A stretch of DNA of 63,986 nt, the filler included. It is 5 parts of 5 records of this genome, joined end to end, with 100 filler letters (N's around TTAATTAATTAA, not from the genome) between each part and the next. Parts side by side here need not be neighbours in the genome. Positions count along the whole stretch, not along the records: positions 30,418 to 44,551 come from SRR2962707_5146; positions 44,652 to 58,706 come from SRR2962707_5154; 3 more parts are not named here. The stretch is one strand, 5' to 3'. Below are positions 35,419-45,654 of the stretch, piece by piece (the first letter of the stretch is position 1; every line of letters starts with the position of its first letter). The translations under genes were made by a program, and so were the position numbers. The notes beneath the pieces were generated by a model, which did no database searches, had not been told where the DNA came from, and was given only the letters and a program-made list of their open reading frames with translations.

Positions 35419-35919
35419 ATGACTGATGCTGCCGTGCCGGAGGAAGAACCGGCCAAAAAACCCTCAAAGTTGCCGATGATCATCGGCCTCGCTCTGGCGC
35501 TTTTGGGCGGCGGGGGTGGATTTTATGCTGTGTCATCGGGCCTGTTATTTGGCGGGGCAGATCACGGCGAAACACATTCCGCCGAACAGGAACACATTCC
35601 CGACTCGGGCCCGTTACCAGACATCTCTTTTGTATCGATACCGCAAATCATTGTCTCGTTGGGGCCCGGTTCATCGAATAAGAACCTAATTTTTCGCGCC
35701 GACCTTGAGGTGCCACAGGAAAAGGTCACGGACGTCGAAACAATCATGCCTCGTGTGGTTGATGTGTTGAACAGCTACCTGCGCGCACTCGAAACGCGGG
35801 ACATCGAAAAACCTTCGTCGTTGGTCAAGCTGCGGGCGCAGATGCTGCGGCGCGTCCAACTTGTAGCCGGAAAAGACCGCGTACGTGACCTTTTGGTCAT
35901 GGAATTTGTACTAAATTGA
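35419..35919 (+). CDS. fliL: Flagellar basal body-associated protein FliL
   Basis: KKPSKLPMIIG...GGGG TM segment, MPRVVDVLNSYLRAL, LRAQMLRR, LLVMEFVLN. Confidence 0.9.
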   Translation: MTDAAVPEEEPAKKPSKLPMIIGLALALLGGGGGFYAVSSGLLFGGADHGETHSAEQEHIPDSGPLPDISFVSIPQIIVSLGPGSSNKNLIFRADLEVPQEKVTDVETIMPRVVDVLNSYLRALETRDIEKPSSLVKLRAQMLRRVQLVAGKDRVRDLLVMEFVLN

Positions 35920-35931
35920 AAGGTGACATGA

Positions 35932-36294
35932 ATGGAACTTGTCGCAGATATCTTGTTGGTTGCCGGGGCGCTCGGGGCGGGTTTTTACTGCTTTATTTTG
36001 GCGCGCCGTCTGACCCGTTTTAACGATCTCGAAAACGGTGTCGGCGGAGCCGTAGCGGTTCTGTCCGCACAGGTTGATGATCTCAGGAGAACACTGGCCT
36101 CAGCGCAGAAAACCGCTGGAGCCTCAGCGACATCGCTGGGCGAACTGACTGAAAGGGCAGAAGACGTGGCCAAGCGGCTTGAGCTGATGATTGCTTCGAT
36201 GCACGATCTACCGACCGAACAGCCCAAACAGAAACCGCTACCGCCGCAAGAGCCCGTCTTCTCGCGGCGCATGCAATCGGGGGCTGCCCGATGA
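35932..36294 (+). CDS. Conserved hypothetical membrane-anchored coiled-coil protein of the Rhodobacteraceae flagellar cluster
   Basis: N-terminal TM helix plus coiled coil; ATGA-coupled to motE. Confidence 0.75.
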   Translation: MELVADILLVAGALGAGFYCFILARRLTRFNDLENGVGGAVAVLSAQVDDLRRTLASAQKTAGASATSLGELTERAEDVAKRLELMIASMHDLPTEQPKQKPLPPQEPVFSRRMQSGAAR

Positions 36295-36905
36295 GCGGGA
36301 CAAACCAACCGAAAAAAGCCCGCAAGCCCCGTCGGCGCCGTATGCGAGGTGCACTTGCAGTGATTGGAGGCCTCTTGGTGGCGTCAGCTGTGGTGAGGAT
36401 CGGCGGAGGCACTGGGCAAGCCCTGGCCCGCGAAGCCACGAACGCGGCGCAAGCCGTCGCAGCCGAGTCAGTAGAACCGGAATCCTGCACCTCTGAAGAG
36501 GATATCGCGCCGATTCTGGCAGCCCTGAACGAACGCGATGAACGCATCAAAAATCGCGAGTCCGAGATTCGGGCGCGCATGCAAGCGCTGTCGGTGGTGG
36601 AAACCGAGATTGACCGCAAAATGTCCGCACTCGTCTCGGCCGAGAAAAAGTTGCGCGATACACTTTCCATAGCTGATTCGGCAGCAGAGGATGACTTAGC
36701 GCGTCTTACAGACGTCTATGCTACCATGAAACCGAAACAGGCCTCTGCTCTCTTCGAGGAGATGGACCCCAACTTTGCGGCGGGATTCCTCGGGCGGATG
36801 CGCAAGGATGCTGCTGCAGCGATCATGGCCGGGCTTAGTCCTAGGGCTGCCTACACGATGTCAGTCATCCTCGCAGGTCGAAACGCTGAGGTGCCGAAAG
36901 AGTGA
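36291..36905 (+). CDS. motE: MotE family protein (MgtE N-terminal-like)
   Basis: Coiled coil, then LTDVYATMKPKQASALFEEMDPNFAAGFLGRM. Confidence 0.8.
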   Translation: MSGTNQPKKARKPRRRRMRGALAVIGGLLVASAVVRIGGGTGQALAREATNAAQAVAAESVEPESCTSEEDIAPILAALNERDERIKNRESEIRARMQALSVVETEIDRKMSALVSAEKKLRDTLSIADSAAEDDLARLTDVYATMKPKQASALFEEMDPNFAAGFLGRMRKDAAAAIMAGLSPRAAYTMSVILAGRNAEVPKE

Positions 36906-36943
36906 ATCTGCAGTTAAAAAATATTGAGTTTCTGCAGATTCAC
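36902..36943. terminator. 12-bp inverted repeat overlapping the motE stop
   Basis: GTGAATCTGCAG-N18-CTGCAGATTCAC. Confidence 0.5.
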
Positions 36944-37059
36944 GGTTCGAAGGCCATCTGATTTTCGATTTGCAGACCGACAACACGATCACGCGACAAC
37001 GTGATCGTCGTGAGCGCGCGCTTTGACCGTATCTGTGGCTTTCAGGAAAGGAGAAACCT

Positions 37060-37300
37060 GAGTTTGCACGGCATGCACTGTCCCGGAAAAAATCATTTCG
37101 TGACCGGCGTGATACAGATCCAAGATCCGGTATTGGGTCAACGATCAGCCATATATCGCGCACCAGAATGTCGGATATGCAACCGCCAAATGCTTCAGTA
37201 ACAGTTGCATACCGATGAACGCGTGGATCAGGTGGCTGGCCATGCCTTCAGCAACAAGGCCGCGCTTTGATTTCCTTCGCGGCTGTGCTGCGTCGAAAAC
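37060..37300 (-). pseudogene. Possible degraded LysR substrate-binding domain remnant
   Basis: Fragments in different frames (GLVAEGMASHLIHAFIG and RDIWLIVDP...DFFRD) resemble the LysR C-terminus. Confidence 0.35.
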
Positions 37301-37984
37301 AAGTATCAATGCGCGACGATGGTGGGTTAGAATGGCGCTGCGATCTGCCATGTTCTGCTCGGCTTTCTCAAATTTTTCTGAAGGCTAAGCCAGCCTTCGC
37401 AGTCACCCCAATCATTCGGATGCCTCAGACCACACCTTGCTGCCGCTTTTGGAATCTGCTCACTTGGCGTGGGGTAGAGCGGGCTTACACCGAATTTAGC
37501 GGGAGTATGGGGGCAAGGCAGCAATTTCACCCCTAGATATAATTTGCTGTCCGGGGTTGGGAACGGAGCGGCCCGCAACATCCCTATCGGGCGCACCACT
37601 CATTTGGCGGGATTGCCAGTGTTGTCGACGAGGCTTTGTCGCAAAACACATCGAAGTCAAATTGATTATCCAAGTGACAAAAAATACCATCCACCCTAGC
37701 CTGTAGTCGCAAGGCTGCTGAACCTCTTGCTGGGGGGGCCGTCGTCGCGACTGATGCCTGACCTCAAATTCAAATTTTAAAATCGCCGTGAGGCTCAGAA
37801 TAAGCATTCGAACTTGGTTCCGACAGGCACGCAGCTCTTCTGAACTGAAAACCACACTAGGACGGAGATTCGATGATGGCTTTCAGAATTAATTTCAAGG
37901 ATGTCACCGTGGATCTCGGGACAGATACTCCGTTTTTGGGCGCGTGACCTTCCAGTGCTCCTCTTGTTGGCAAACGGCTTTCTT

Positions 37985-38551
37985 TCTAACGAGAGGAATC
38001 GGGTTGCGACGCGCCGCCAGTCATAGAAGCCTGCCGCACATGATCTCAACGTTTGTATCGCCGCTTATGGTATTTCACGGGTACCTTGCGCCGATTTTGA
38101 GCGCGTATGCCATTGTTATTCAAATCTTTTATAAACCTGTCGGCGTCGTATCCCCGATCCATTGGACGGCGGTCGTTTGTAAAGCAAATGACGAGAGGGG
38201 CCGGGCAGCCACTCGACCTTTGGAAAGTTGCTCGGCGATGCACGGGTCCAATGTAGTCACCGACCAGACCAGCGGTGGCGAATAGATCGAGCGGGCGGCC
38301 CTGTCGGTCACACACGGTTTGCAGCTCGGTGTTCATGCGGCCCCGTGGTCCTCCTGATCAGACTCTCATGTCTCCCTTTTTCGCGCACATACTGGTCGCG
38401 GGCCGGTGTGCCTTCACGTAGGTTGCATCAATCATGGCGGTCTTCTTTTCACCGTTCTGAGCGGCCAAGCCGACCATCATCGCGCAAAAACACCTTTGTC
38501 GCTCCAGCTCTTCCATCGGCTGTAGAGCGTCTTGTCTGGGCCATATTCCTG
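37985..38551 (-). mobile_element. Degraded IS5-family (IS427-like) transposase remnant
   Basis: Frameshifted segments EYGPDKTLYSRW, MIDATYVKAHR, CAKKG, MNTELQTVCDRQGRPLDLFATAG, DRGYDAD, KYHKRRYKR, DWRRVATR; 5' part missing. Confidence 0.88.
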
Positions 38552-38983
38552 AAGAGCTCCACTCCCGGACATTCACCTTTGCAGCTGGCCCCAAGCGCAA
38601 TGGCTGCCCCGATCTCTGAAAAATTCAGAAGCTTACGGCCGAAGACAGGCTTGTCGGTTGGGGTCGAGAACCCGGAAAGGAATGCACGCCCGCCCCGGGG
38701 ACACGAGGAGTGCTGGGTGTTCTGATACAGACCCTGATCTGTATCAGAGCGACGTGACAGCAAAGCTGACATTGCACATAAGTCAGACGCAAAGAGCCAC
38801 GGGTTATTGCATTTCCAGACTCTTCGGTTCATTTTTATGGGCCTGCCGTTGCAGTATCCAGTGACTACACCCTTCAGACGCACAATTGCGAGAACGTTCT
38901 ATAGCACATCCGAATGAACCAACCCCGGAATGATTCATAATGCCCCGCTACTTCGATTTGTGAATTATCCATCTCAAAAAAGG

Positions 38984-39700
38984 ATGATCCCACCCGTGTC
39001 GCACCATCAGGACAGAGTTGAAAATGCCTCAAGGATTCTTGCCCAGGTGCGCCTTTTGATTGAGGCTGGAGGTGTGGATTGCGATGGAAAGATCCCAACA
39101 GAACGAGACCTGTCAAAGCGTATGAATGTCGGCCGTCGTGCGCTGCGCCGCGCTCTGGATACGCTTGAGGTAGAAGGACTGATCTGGCGCCGCAGAGGCA
39201 AGGGCACGTTTGTCGGCACTCCGCCTGAACACACATAAAAACGTATCCGAGAAATCAATGACGAGGCGGATCCACTCACCGTGATGGAGGCACGATTATG
39301 TATTGAGCCAGAACTGGCCGTGCTCTGCGCCAGCCGCGCCACACCTGATGACGTCGTACGGATGCAATCCCTTGTGGACCGGATCGACCGATCGTCCGAC
39401 GCAGATTCAGCCGAGCTTTGGGATGGCTCCCTACATCGGTTGATAGCCCGGGCCTCGGGCAACACAATCATGATGGCCGCTTTTGCTCTGGTTGACGAAG
39501 TGCGTTCCTCGCGGTTCTGGAAGGAGGAAAGGGATCAGGCGCGGTCTCCTGCCCTCCGCAAGGTTTATTCGCAACAGCACAAGTTGATCGTTGCGGCGAT
39601 TGCTGAGGGAAATGCCGATGCCGCCCGGACCACCATGCGCGAGCATTTGACCCACCTGTCCGAATACCTGCGATCCTCCCGCAATAGGAAAGAGATATGA
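38984..39700 (+). pseudogene. FadR/GntR family regulator interrupted by an in-frame TAA (39236-39238)
   Basis: wHTH (KIPTERDL...RRALDTLEVEGLIWRRRGKGTF) and FCD domain (MEARLCIEPELA...LHRLIARASGN) are in the same frame, separated by one stop. Confidence 0.85.
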
Positions 39701-39821
39701 GCGGTATCAAATCTGTCGCGCTGATCTTTCAGGGGAAAAGCCGCTCACGACTTTGAAGCCAAGCATTTGAGCCAAGATTCGGCTTTGCAACTATTGTCAA
39801 ATTCCTTCCACCCTTGGTCGT

Positions 39822-40253
39822 TCATGCGAAATTTGAATCACCGGGATCAGGTGAAAAATCTTCGTCCAGACGCTTTTCGGACTGCAGGATGCGCCTCTGG
39901 CGTTGTTCTACGCGGGCGTCATCCGCCAAATCGGTCGTTACCTGATGGCGGGCAAAGGCCGTCTGTGCGGCAATCAAACTATCTGCCTTGCGGACCCTCA
40001 GCATGGCCAGGTCCTGATTCAGATGCATGCGCCGTTGTGCCAGCCAGCCTTGCCAAAGCACATCAGCGCCCAACATTCGTCGTGTAGAGGCATGATCATC
40101 CTCGCGCAGCGTTTGGTACCGCAGCTTCTCAATCTCTTCGATTTCGCGATTTACGGACGCCTCCTGTTCCAAGACGTCTCGATGCTTCGCCAAGGCACGC
40201 TCTTCCATGATGGACGTGATTTCGTGAATGTCATCGAATTCTGTGGGCATCAT
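39822..40253 (-). CDS. Conserved helical protein downstream of flhB (FliJ-like by position)
   Basis: 143-aa coiled-coil ORF abutting the flhB stop. Confidence 0.65.
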   Translation of the reverse strand: MMPTEFDDIHEITSIMEERALAKHRDVLEQEASVNREIEEIEKLRYQTLREDDHASTRRMLGADVLWQGWLAQRRMHLNQDLAMLRVRKADSLIAAQTAFARHQVTTDLADDARVEQRQRRILQSEKRLDEDFSPDPGDSNFA

Positions 40254-41339
40254 TCAGCCCCTTTCCTTGGCGCGACGACGCATCGCGTCGGCAAAGCGAA
40301 TAGCTGCGGCAACCGGCCGGTAATGTTCATGTTCAATGGACTGACCGATAGCAACAGTAGCATAGAGCGCGCGAGCAGTCGGCGGATCTGCATGGATCGG
40401 CACAGAAGAATCACGTGCCACCTCGCGGATTTGCGCGGCGACGTGGTCCACGCCCTTCGCGACGCATATTGGCACCTCTCCGGGCGCGCGGCTCCACTTC
40501 AATGCGACGGCATAATGCGACGGGTTGACGATGATGACATCCGCCTTTGGCACGTCCGCCATCATCTGGTTCATCGCGATTTCCTGTGCGCGGAACCTGC
40601 GCTGCTGCTTCATAGCTGGATCGCCTTCGGAATCCTTGTATTCGTCCCGCAACTCCTTATGGGACATGCGGTTCTTGCGAAGATGCTCCTGATACTGCCA
40701 GAAAAAGTCGATCGCCCCGATGGCGGTCGCCACCACAACAACGATCATCATCATTTTGATTGCCAGACGCATCAGAATCACGACTACGTTTTCCGGGGCG
40801 CCCTGCAGGCTGCCTGTGACCGCTTCCATTTCGGCCCTTAGAAACAGACCAAGGACTGCAGAATAGACCAAAAGCTTGGTAAAGCTCTTCGCGAATTCGA
40901 AAAGGCCGCGTCGCCCGAATTTGTTCTTCGCGTTTTCGATCAGTGACAGGCGCGACCATTTGAAGGCGAGCTTTTCCGGCGCAACTGCGATCCCCTTCTG
41001 AGCCACTAGAACCGCAAAGACCAATAGACCCGGTGCCGCCACCCACGGCAGAACAGGGCCGACGCTGCGACTGATCACCGCCCCGACGGGCGAGGTACTC
41101 CCATCGCTAAAGAAGGTTTTCGCCAGCTGGTCCGGGTGGTCGACAAAAGGAAGCAGCATCTCGGCCAGACCAAAGATCGAAGCATGGCCCATCGAGACGG
41201 CAACCAGCAGAACTCCTGCATAAGCGGTCGCCGTCAATAGATCCGGAGATCGCGCAATTTCGCCTTTCTTGCGGGCGTCATCCAGTTTTCGCTGAGATGC
41301 GTCATGGGATTTTTCGCTGTCATCGTCATCCGCAGCCAT
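40254..41339 (-). CDS. flhB: Flagellar biosynthesis protein FlhB
   Basis: SEKS...RKKGEIARS, RMSHKELRDEYKDSEGDP, NPSHYAVAL, PICVAKGVD. ATG at 41339 overlaps the fliR TGA. Confidence 0.96.
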   Translation of the reverse strand: MAADDDDSEKSHDASQRKLDDARKKGEIARSPDLLTATAYAGVLLVAVSMGHASIFGLAEMLLPFVDHPDQLAKTFFSDGSTSPVGAVISRSVGPVLPWVAAPGLLVFAVLVAQKGIAVAPEKLAFKWSRLSLIENAKNKFGRRGLFEFAKSFTKLLVYSAVLGLFLRAEMEAVTGSLQGAPENVVVILMRLAIKMMMIVVVVATAIGAIDFFWQYQEHLRKNRMSHKELRDEYKDSEGDPAMKQQRRFRAQEIAMNQMMADVPKADVIIVNPSHYAVALKWSRAPGEVPICVAKGVDHVAAQIREVARDSSVPIHADPPTARALYATVAIGQSIEHEHYRPVAAAIRFADAMRRRAKERG

Positions 41340-42103
41340 CAGGGCATTCCGAACGGATTGATGAAAAAGGCGTCCAACGCCCGGTGCCACACATTCAGCA
41401 ACACAGGCGCAGTGGTAAACAGCAGGGTAATTGCGCCCAAAGTGATGACGGGCGCGCCGACAAAGGCGACCATGAGCTGTGGCATCGCCTTATTGATAAC
41501 GCCCAATGTCACGTTGTACAGCATCGAAAGAATTACAAATGGCCCTGCCAGCGTGAAGGCGAGCCGGAATGCCTGATTGACCTGCGCCTGCCCCCAATCA
41601 CTTAGAATAGCAGCATCCGGAAAGGTCCCCAATGGCATTGCTTGATAGGAAAATATGAACAGAGCCGCCGCCTTGACGTGCAACCCGGTCATCATCATCA
41701 GAGCCAGCGCTGACACAGTAAGTACCTGACCAATGGCCGGCATTGGATCCATCGCATTGTTGCCTGTTAATTGCGACAGTGACGTGGATTGTGCTGCGAT
41801 TGCCCCGGCCGTCTGAAGGGCCAGAATGAACAACCGTATGGCGATTCCCAGCGCCAAACCGGCGATAGTTTCCGTCATGAGTATCCGTGCCAACGACCCC
41901 AGCCCTGGCGCGGGAGCAGTGACGGTGGTGTAAACAGCTGGCGCCACAATCACAGCCATGGCGAACGACAGGATCAGACGAAACCGTAACGGAATTGAAC
42001 GCTCTCCAAGAACAGGCATCACTGCCATTGCGGCGCCGATACGGATGAAGACCACAAACACGAGCCACAGCCCCTGTTGCGATCCCTCGATCAGTTGCGT
42101 CAT
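41339..42103 (-). CDS. fliR: Flagellar biosynthetic protein FliR
   Basis: Multi-TM; IRIGAAM, ETIAGLALG, LQTAG, NKAMPQLMVAFVGAP. Confidence 0.94.
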   Translation of the reverse strand: MTQLIEGSQQGLWLVFVVFIRIGAAMAVMPVLGERSIPLRFRLILSFAMAVIVAPAVYTTVTAPAPGLGSLARILMTETIAGLALGIAIRLFILALQTAGAIAAQSTSLSQLTGNNAMDPMPAIGQVLTVSALALMMMTGLHVKAAALFIFSYQAMPLGTFPDAAILSDWGQAQVNQAFRLAFTLAGPFVILSMLYNVTLGVINKAMPQLMVAFVGAPVITLGAITLLFTTAPVLLNVWHRALDAFFINPFGMP

Positions 42104-44193
42104 GCAGCGACCACGCCCACAAGCGAGGGGCGCGCCTCTACTCCGATCTCTTCGAAGGACAGGACCGGGTTACTGATCCCCTTTGCCGCAAGGATCGTTC
42201 GGAGAAACCGTCTCCGCCTGCCCGATGTAACGAGCGCGGGAAAGACGCCCCGGGCCCCAGCGTCACCCATCTGTTTTGCGACACCGTCGGTCAGGGTCTC
42301 AAAAGAATCGGGCGGCAAGGCTATATCGATGCCGCCGCGTTCTCCTTCGATCTGGTAATGGGTAAACAGCTCTTCCCATTCTGGGGCCAGCTGGATCAAC
42401 GGAATTGTACCGTCGTTGCGCCGCATTCCTGCCACCAGCTGAAAACCAAGCCGCTGACGCACGTGTTCGCAAATCGCCTCGGGACGGGTCTGTTGCCCCC
42501 GTGTCTCGGCGATAGCCTCAAGAATCAGGGGCAGGTTTCGGATCGAAACCTGTTCGTCCAACAACAATCGCAGAACCGAATGCAACACGTCGATCTGCAC
42601 CTTGTCCGGGATCAACTCGTCGATCAATCGGCGGTTCGCCTCGGCACGTGCTGGGTTGGACAGCGACACCATCTCGTCCAGGATACGCCGCAGGGCGCGG
42701 AGGCTAAGCAGACGGCCAAAGTTCCGTTTTATCACTTCGAGCAGGTGTGTGGCCAGCACTTCGGTTGGAGAGACGATTGTGACGCCCGTTAGGGCCGCGC
42801 GCTCTTGGTCTTCCGGCTTAATCCAGCGGGCCGGCGCACCATAGACAGGTTCATTGACATCACTGCCATCAGGCAACTTAGTCCTTTCATCAGGCACAAG
42901 CGCCAGCACCATGGATGGGTTCAGTGACCCACGCGCCAGTTCAACACCCTGGATACGGACCACATATGTGCCGGTCGGCAGCGCGGCATCATCAGTCAGG
43001 CGAATCTCCGGCATGATCACTCCAAAGGTCGAAGCGATATGTGTGCGCATGTTGAAAATCCGCACATCAAGACCGGTTCCCGGATCAAGCACCATATTGA
43101 CGAGGTCCGGTGCGAACTCAACGTGGATGTCGTCGAGGTCAAGTACGTCCCCTATCGGTTTCAGTTTCGGCGGCCCTTCCACCTCGCGGGTCTCCGTAAC
43201 CTCCGCCTCACGCAGGATTCTGCGCCGTGATTTGAAGGCCGCAAAACCCAGAACGCCAGCACCTGCTATGAATGGCAAAAAAGGCAAGCCAGGCACCAAG
43301 GCGAACAGGCCCATAAGAACCGCTACCGTTCCCAAAGCCGCCGGGTATCGGCCAAGTTGCGCACCAATCGCCAGATCCGTAGCGCCGGTAGTGCCGCCTC
43401 GGGCAAGCAACAAAGCTGAGGCGATGGAAATGATCACCGCCGGAATTTGGGTGACCAAGCCATCGCCGACAGTCAGGATCGCGTAGGTTTCAAACGCTTT
43501 GCCAATCGCCATGTCGTGCACGAAGACACCTATGATGATACCCATTACGAGATTCAGCAAGGTAATCAGAAGTCCGGCAACCGCATCGCCTTTGACGAAT
43601 TTGGAGGCACCGTCGAGAGAGCCGAAAAATGTCGTTTCCTGCAACTCACGCTCGCGCCTGGCTTTGGCTTCGGCATGATCAATGGCACCGGCGCTCATGT
43701 CGCTATCGATGGCAAGCTGTTTGCCGGGCATGCCGTCTAGGGCAAATCGCGCCCCGACCTCTGCCATACGCGCCGCGCCTTTGGTGATCACCGTGAAATT
43801 GACGATCATGAGCACGCCAAAGACCACGAGGCCCATGAAAACACTGCCATTCATCACGAAATTCGCGAAACCCTGAATGACGTTGCCCGCGGCGTGTGTG
43901 CCCTCATGCCCCTGGCCAATGATCAGCTTTGTCGAACTGACATTCAACGACAGACGCAGCATCAGCGAAGCCAGCAAGATGGTCGGAAAAGCCGAAAAAT
44001 CCAAGGGACGTTCGATGAAAAGCGTAACGGTAAAGATCAAGATTGCGAGGGCAAAGGAAGTCGCAAGACCAACGTCCAATACCCAAGATGGCACTGGCAG
44101 GATCATCATGACGATAACCGCCATCAATGCCACCGCTAGCATCACAGTGGGGCGAAAGACTGCCTCTTTCAAATCGAACTTCATCTGCTGCAC
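42100..44193 (-). CDS. flhA: Flagellar biosynthesis protein FlhA
   Basis: DFSAFPTILL, RLSLNVSST, ITKGAARMAEVGARFALDGMPGKQLAID, FFGSLDGASKFVKGDA, LTVGDGLV. Confidence 0.98.
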   Translation of the reverse strand: MQQMKFDLKEAVFRPTVMLAVALMAVIVMMILPVPSWVLDVGLATSFALAILIFTVTLFIERPLDFSAFPTILLASLMLRLSLNVSSTKLIIGQGHEGTHAAGNVIQGFANFVMNGSVFMGLVVFGVLMIVNFTVITKGAARMAEVGARFALDGMPGKQLAIDSDMSAGAIDHAEAKARRERELQETTFFGSLDGASKFVKGDAVAGLLITLLNLVMGIIIGVFVHDMAIGKAFETYAILTVGDGLVTQIPAVIISIASALLLARGGTTGATDLAIGAQLGRYPAALGTVAVLMGLFALVPGLPFLPFIAGAGVLGFAAFKSRRRILREAEVTETREVEGPPKLKPIGDVLDLDDIHVEFAPDLVNMVLDPGTGLDVRIFNMRTHIASTFGVIMPEIRLTDDAALPTGTYVVRIQGVELARGSLNPSMVLALVPDERTKLPDGSDVNEPVYGAPARWIKPEDQERAALTGVTIVSPTEVLATHLLEVIKRNFGRLLSLRALRRILDEMVSLSNPARAEANRRLIDELIPDKVQIDVLHSVLRLLLDEQVSIRNLPLILEAIAETRGQQTRPEAICEHVRQRLGFQLVAGMRRNDGTIPLIQLAPEWEELFTHYQIEGERGGIDIALPPDSFETLTDGVAKQMGDAGARGVFPALVTSGRRRRFLRTILAAKGISNPVLSFEEIGVEARPSLVGVVAA

Positions 44194-44551
44194 TGGCCGC
44201 AGAGACGTTTGTCGAGATCATGCACAAAAGAAAGGATCCGGCTCAGCTGGGGCATTCCTGCCTGCCCCGAACCGTTCGGAAAAGTCCATATCAGGTTCGA
44301 CTGACCAACAGCCTGAGACATTCTTCTCTTCCTTTGCATTCTGCATCCGGAACAGTTTTGAGCGAATCTGGTTTATTTTTGGTAAGGATTTGACCTGCGC
44401 TCGGTCTTTCATCCAACCGCTCTCAGCGCTCCTGTGGTTTTCGTACCGTCTGCGCAGTTCGTGCAATCGGCCGACGCGCCGGGCCTCCAGCCCGCCCAAC
44501 AGGGCGGGCGTTTACTATAATGTAAGCGTCCGGTCTGACCGCCCTACGGTG

Positions 44552-44651
44552 NNNNNNNNNNNNNNNNNNNNNNNNNNNNNNNNNNNNNNNNNNNNTTAAT
44601 TAATTAANNNNNNNNNNNNNNNNNNNNNNNNNNNNNNNNNNNNNNNNNNNN
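44552..44651. other. Artificial contig spacer
   Basis: N44-TTAATTAATTAA-N44. Confidence 0.99.
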
Positions 44652-44763
44652 ACATCAAAAATCGCTCCCGGCGATTTTTTGCTCCAACCCGCCGACCGTG
44701 CGAGAATCGCCGCGCGATTCCCACCGCTTTCCTTTTATATGTTCCAAGGACCAAGAGAGACCC

Positions 44764-45612
44764 ATGAGCGCGCAGATTCTGGACGGCAAGGCCCTGGCTC
44801 AACGCTTCGAGCAAGAGATGTCACAACGGGTGGAAGCCCTGAAAGCCGCTTCCGGCGGCCGCACGCCGATTCTCGCCACCATTCTGGTGGGCACCGATCC
44901 GGCCTCCGCCACTTATGTAAAGATGAAGGGCAATGCCTGCCGCCGCGTCGGCATGGATTCCCAGGCCATCGAGTTGCCCCAGGACACCACCACCGAGCAG
45001 CTGCTGCAGCGTATCGAGGAGCTCAATGCCAATCCGGACGTGCATGGCATTCTGCTGCAGCACCCGGTGCCGGAACAGATCGACGAGCGCTTGTGCTTTG
45101 ACGCCATCGCCCTGGGCAAGGACGTGGACGGCGTTACCTGTCTCGGCTTTGGCCGCATGGCCATGGGCGAGCACGCTTATGGCTGCGCCACGCCCAAGGG
45201 CATCATGCGCTTGCTGGAGCACTACCAGGTGCCGCTGGAGGGCCAACATGCCGTGGTCGTGGGCCGCAGCGCCATTCTTGGCAAACCGATGGCAATGATG
45301 CTGCTGGGCGCCAACGCCACCGTCACCATTTGCCACAGCCGGACCCGCAATCTGCCGGAGCTGGTGAAACAGGCCGACATCGTGGTGGGCGCGGTGGGCA
45401 AGCCGGAATTCATCAAGGCCGATTGGATCAAGGACGGCGCCGTGGTGGTGGACGCCGGTTACCATCCGCAGAAGTGCGGCGATATCGAGCTGGCACCGCT
45501 GGTGGAGCGCGTCGCCGCTTATACGCCGGTGCCCGGTGGCGTCGGCCCGATGACCATCAACACCCTGATCTTCCAGACCCTGGAAGCAGCGGAAAAAGCA
45601 CTCAAAGGGTAA
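44764..45612 (+). CDS. folD: Bifunctional methylenetetrahydrofolate dehydrogenase/cyclohydrolase
   Basis: [55 protein letters not shown]. Confidence 0.97.
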   Translation: MSAQILDGKALAQRFEQEMSQRVEALKAASGGRTPILATILVGTDPASATYVKMKGNACRRVGMDSQAIELPQDTTTEQLLQRIEELNANPDVHGILLQHPVPEQIDERLCFDAIALGKDVDGVTCLGFGRMAMGEHAYGCATPKGIMRLLEHYQVPLEGQHAVVVGRSAILGKPMAMMLLGANATVTICHSRTRNLPELVKQADIVVGAVGKPEFIKADWIKDGAVVVDAGYHPQKCGDIELAPLVERVAAYTPVPGGVGPMTINTLIFQTLEAAEKALKG

Positions 45613-45619
45613 CTCCGAA

Positions 45620-45648
45620 GGTCTGGCGCCAGCCCCTGACGCCAGACC
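45620..45648. terminator. Hairpin between convergent folD and HlyD genes
   Basis: GGTCTGGCG-N11-CGCCAGACC. Confidence 0.5.
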
Positions 45649-45654
45649 TCCTCC

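Noticed and set aside
44218-44551. 93-aa ORF and hairpins (CCCGCCC-AACA-GGGCGGG; minus-strand GTAGGGCGGTCAGACCG) upstream of flhA
   Set aside because: The ORF has no recognisable features. The hairpin may be a GTAG REP at the contig end, but only one copy is visible.
44657-44680. AAAAATCGC-TCCCG-GCGATTTTT hairpin at contig start
   Set aside because: Single truncated instance; cannot distinguish terminator from repeat, and no tRNA cloverleaf is visible.
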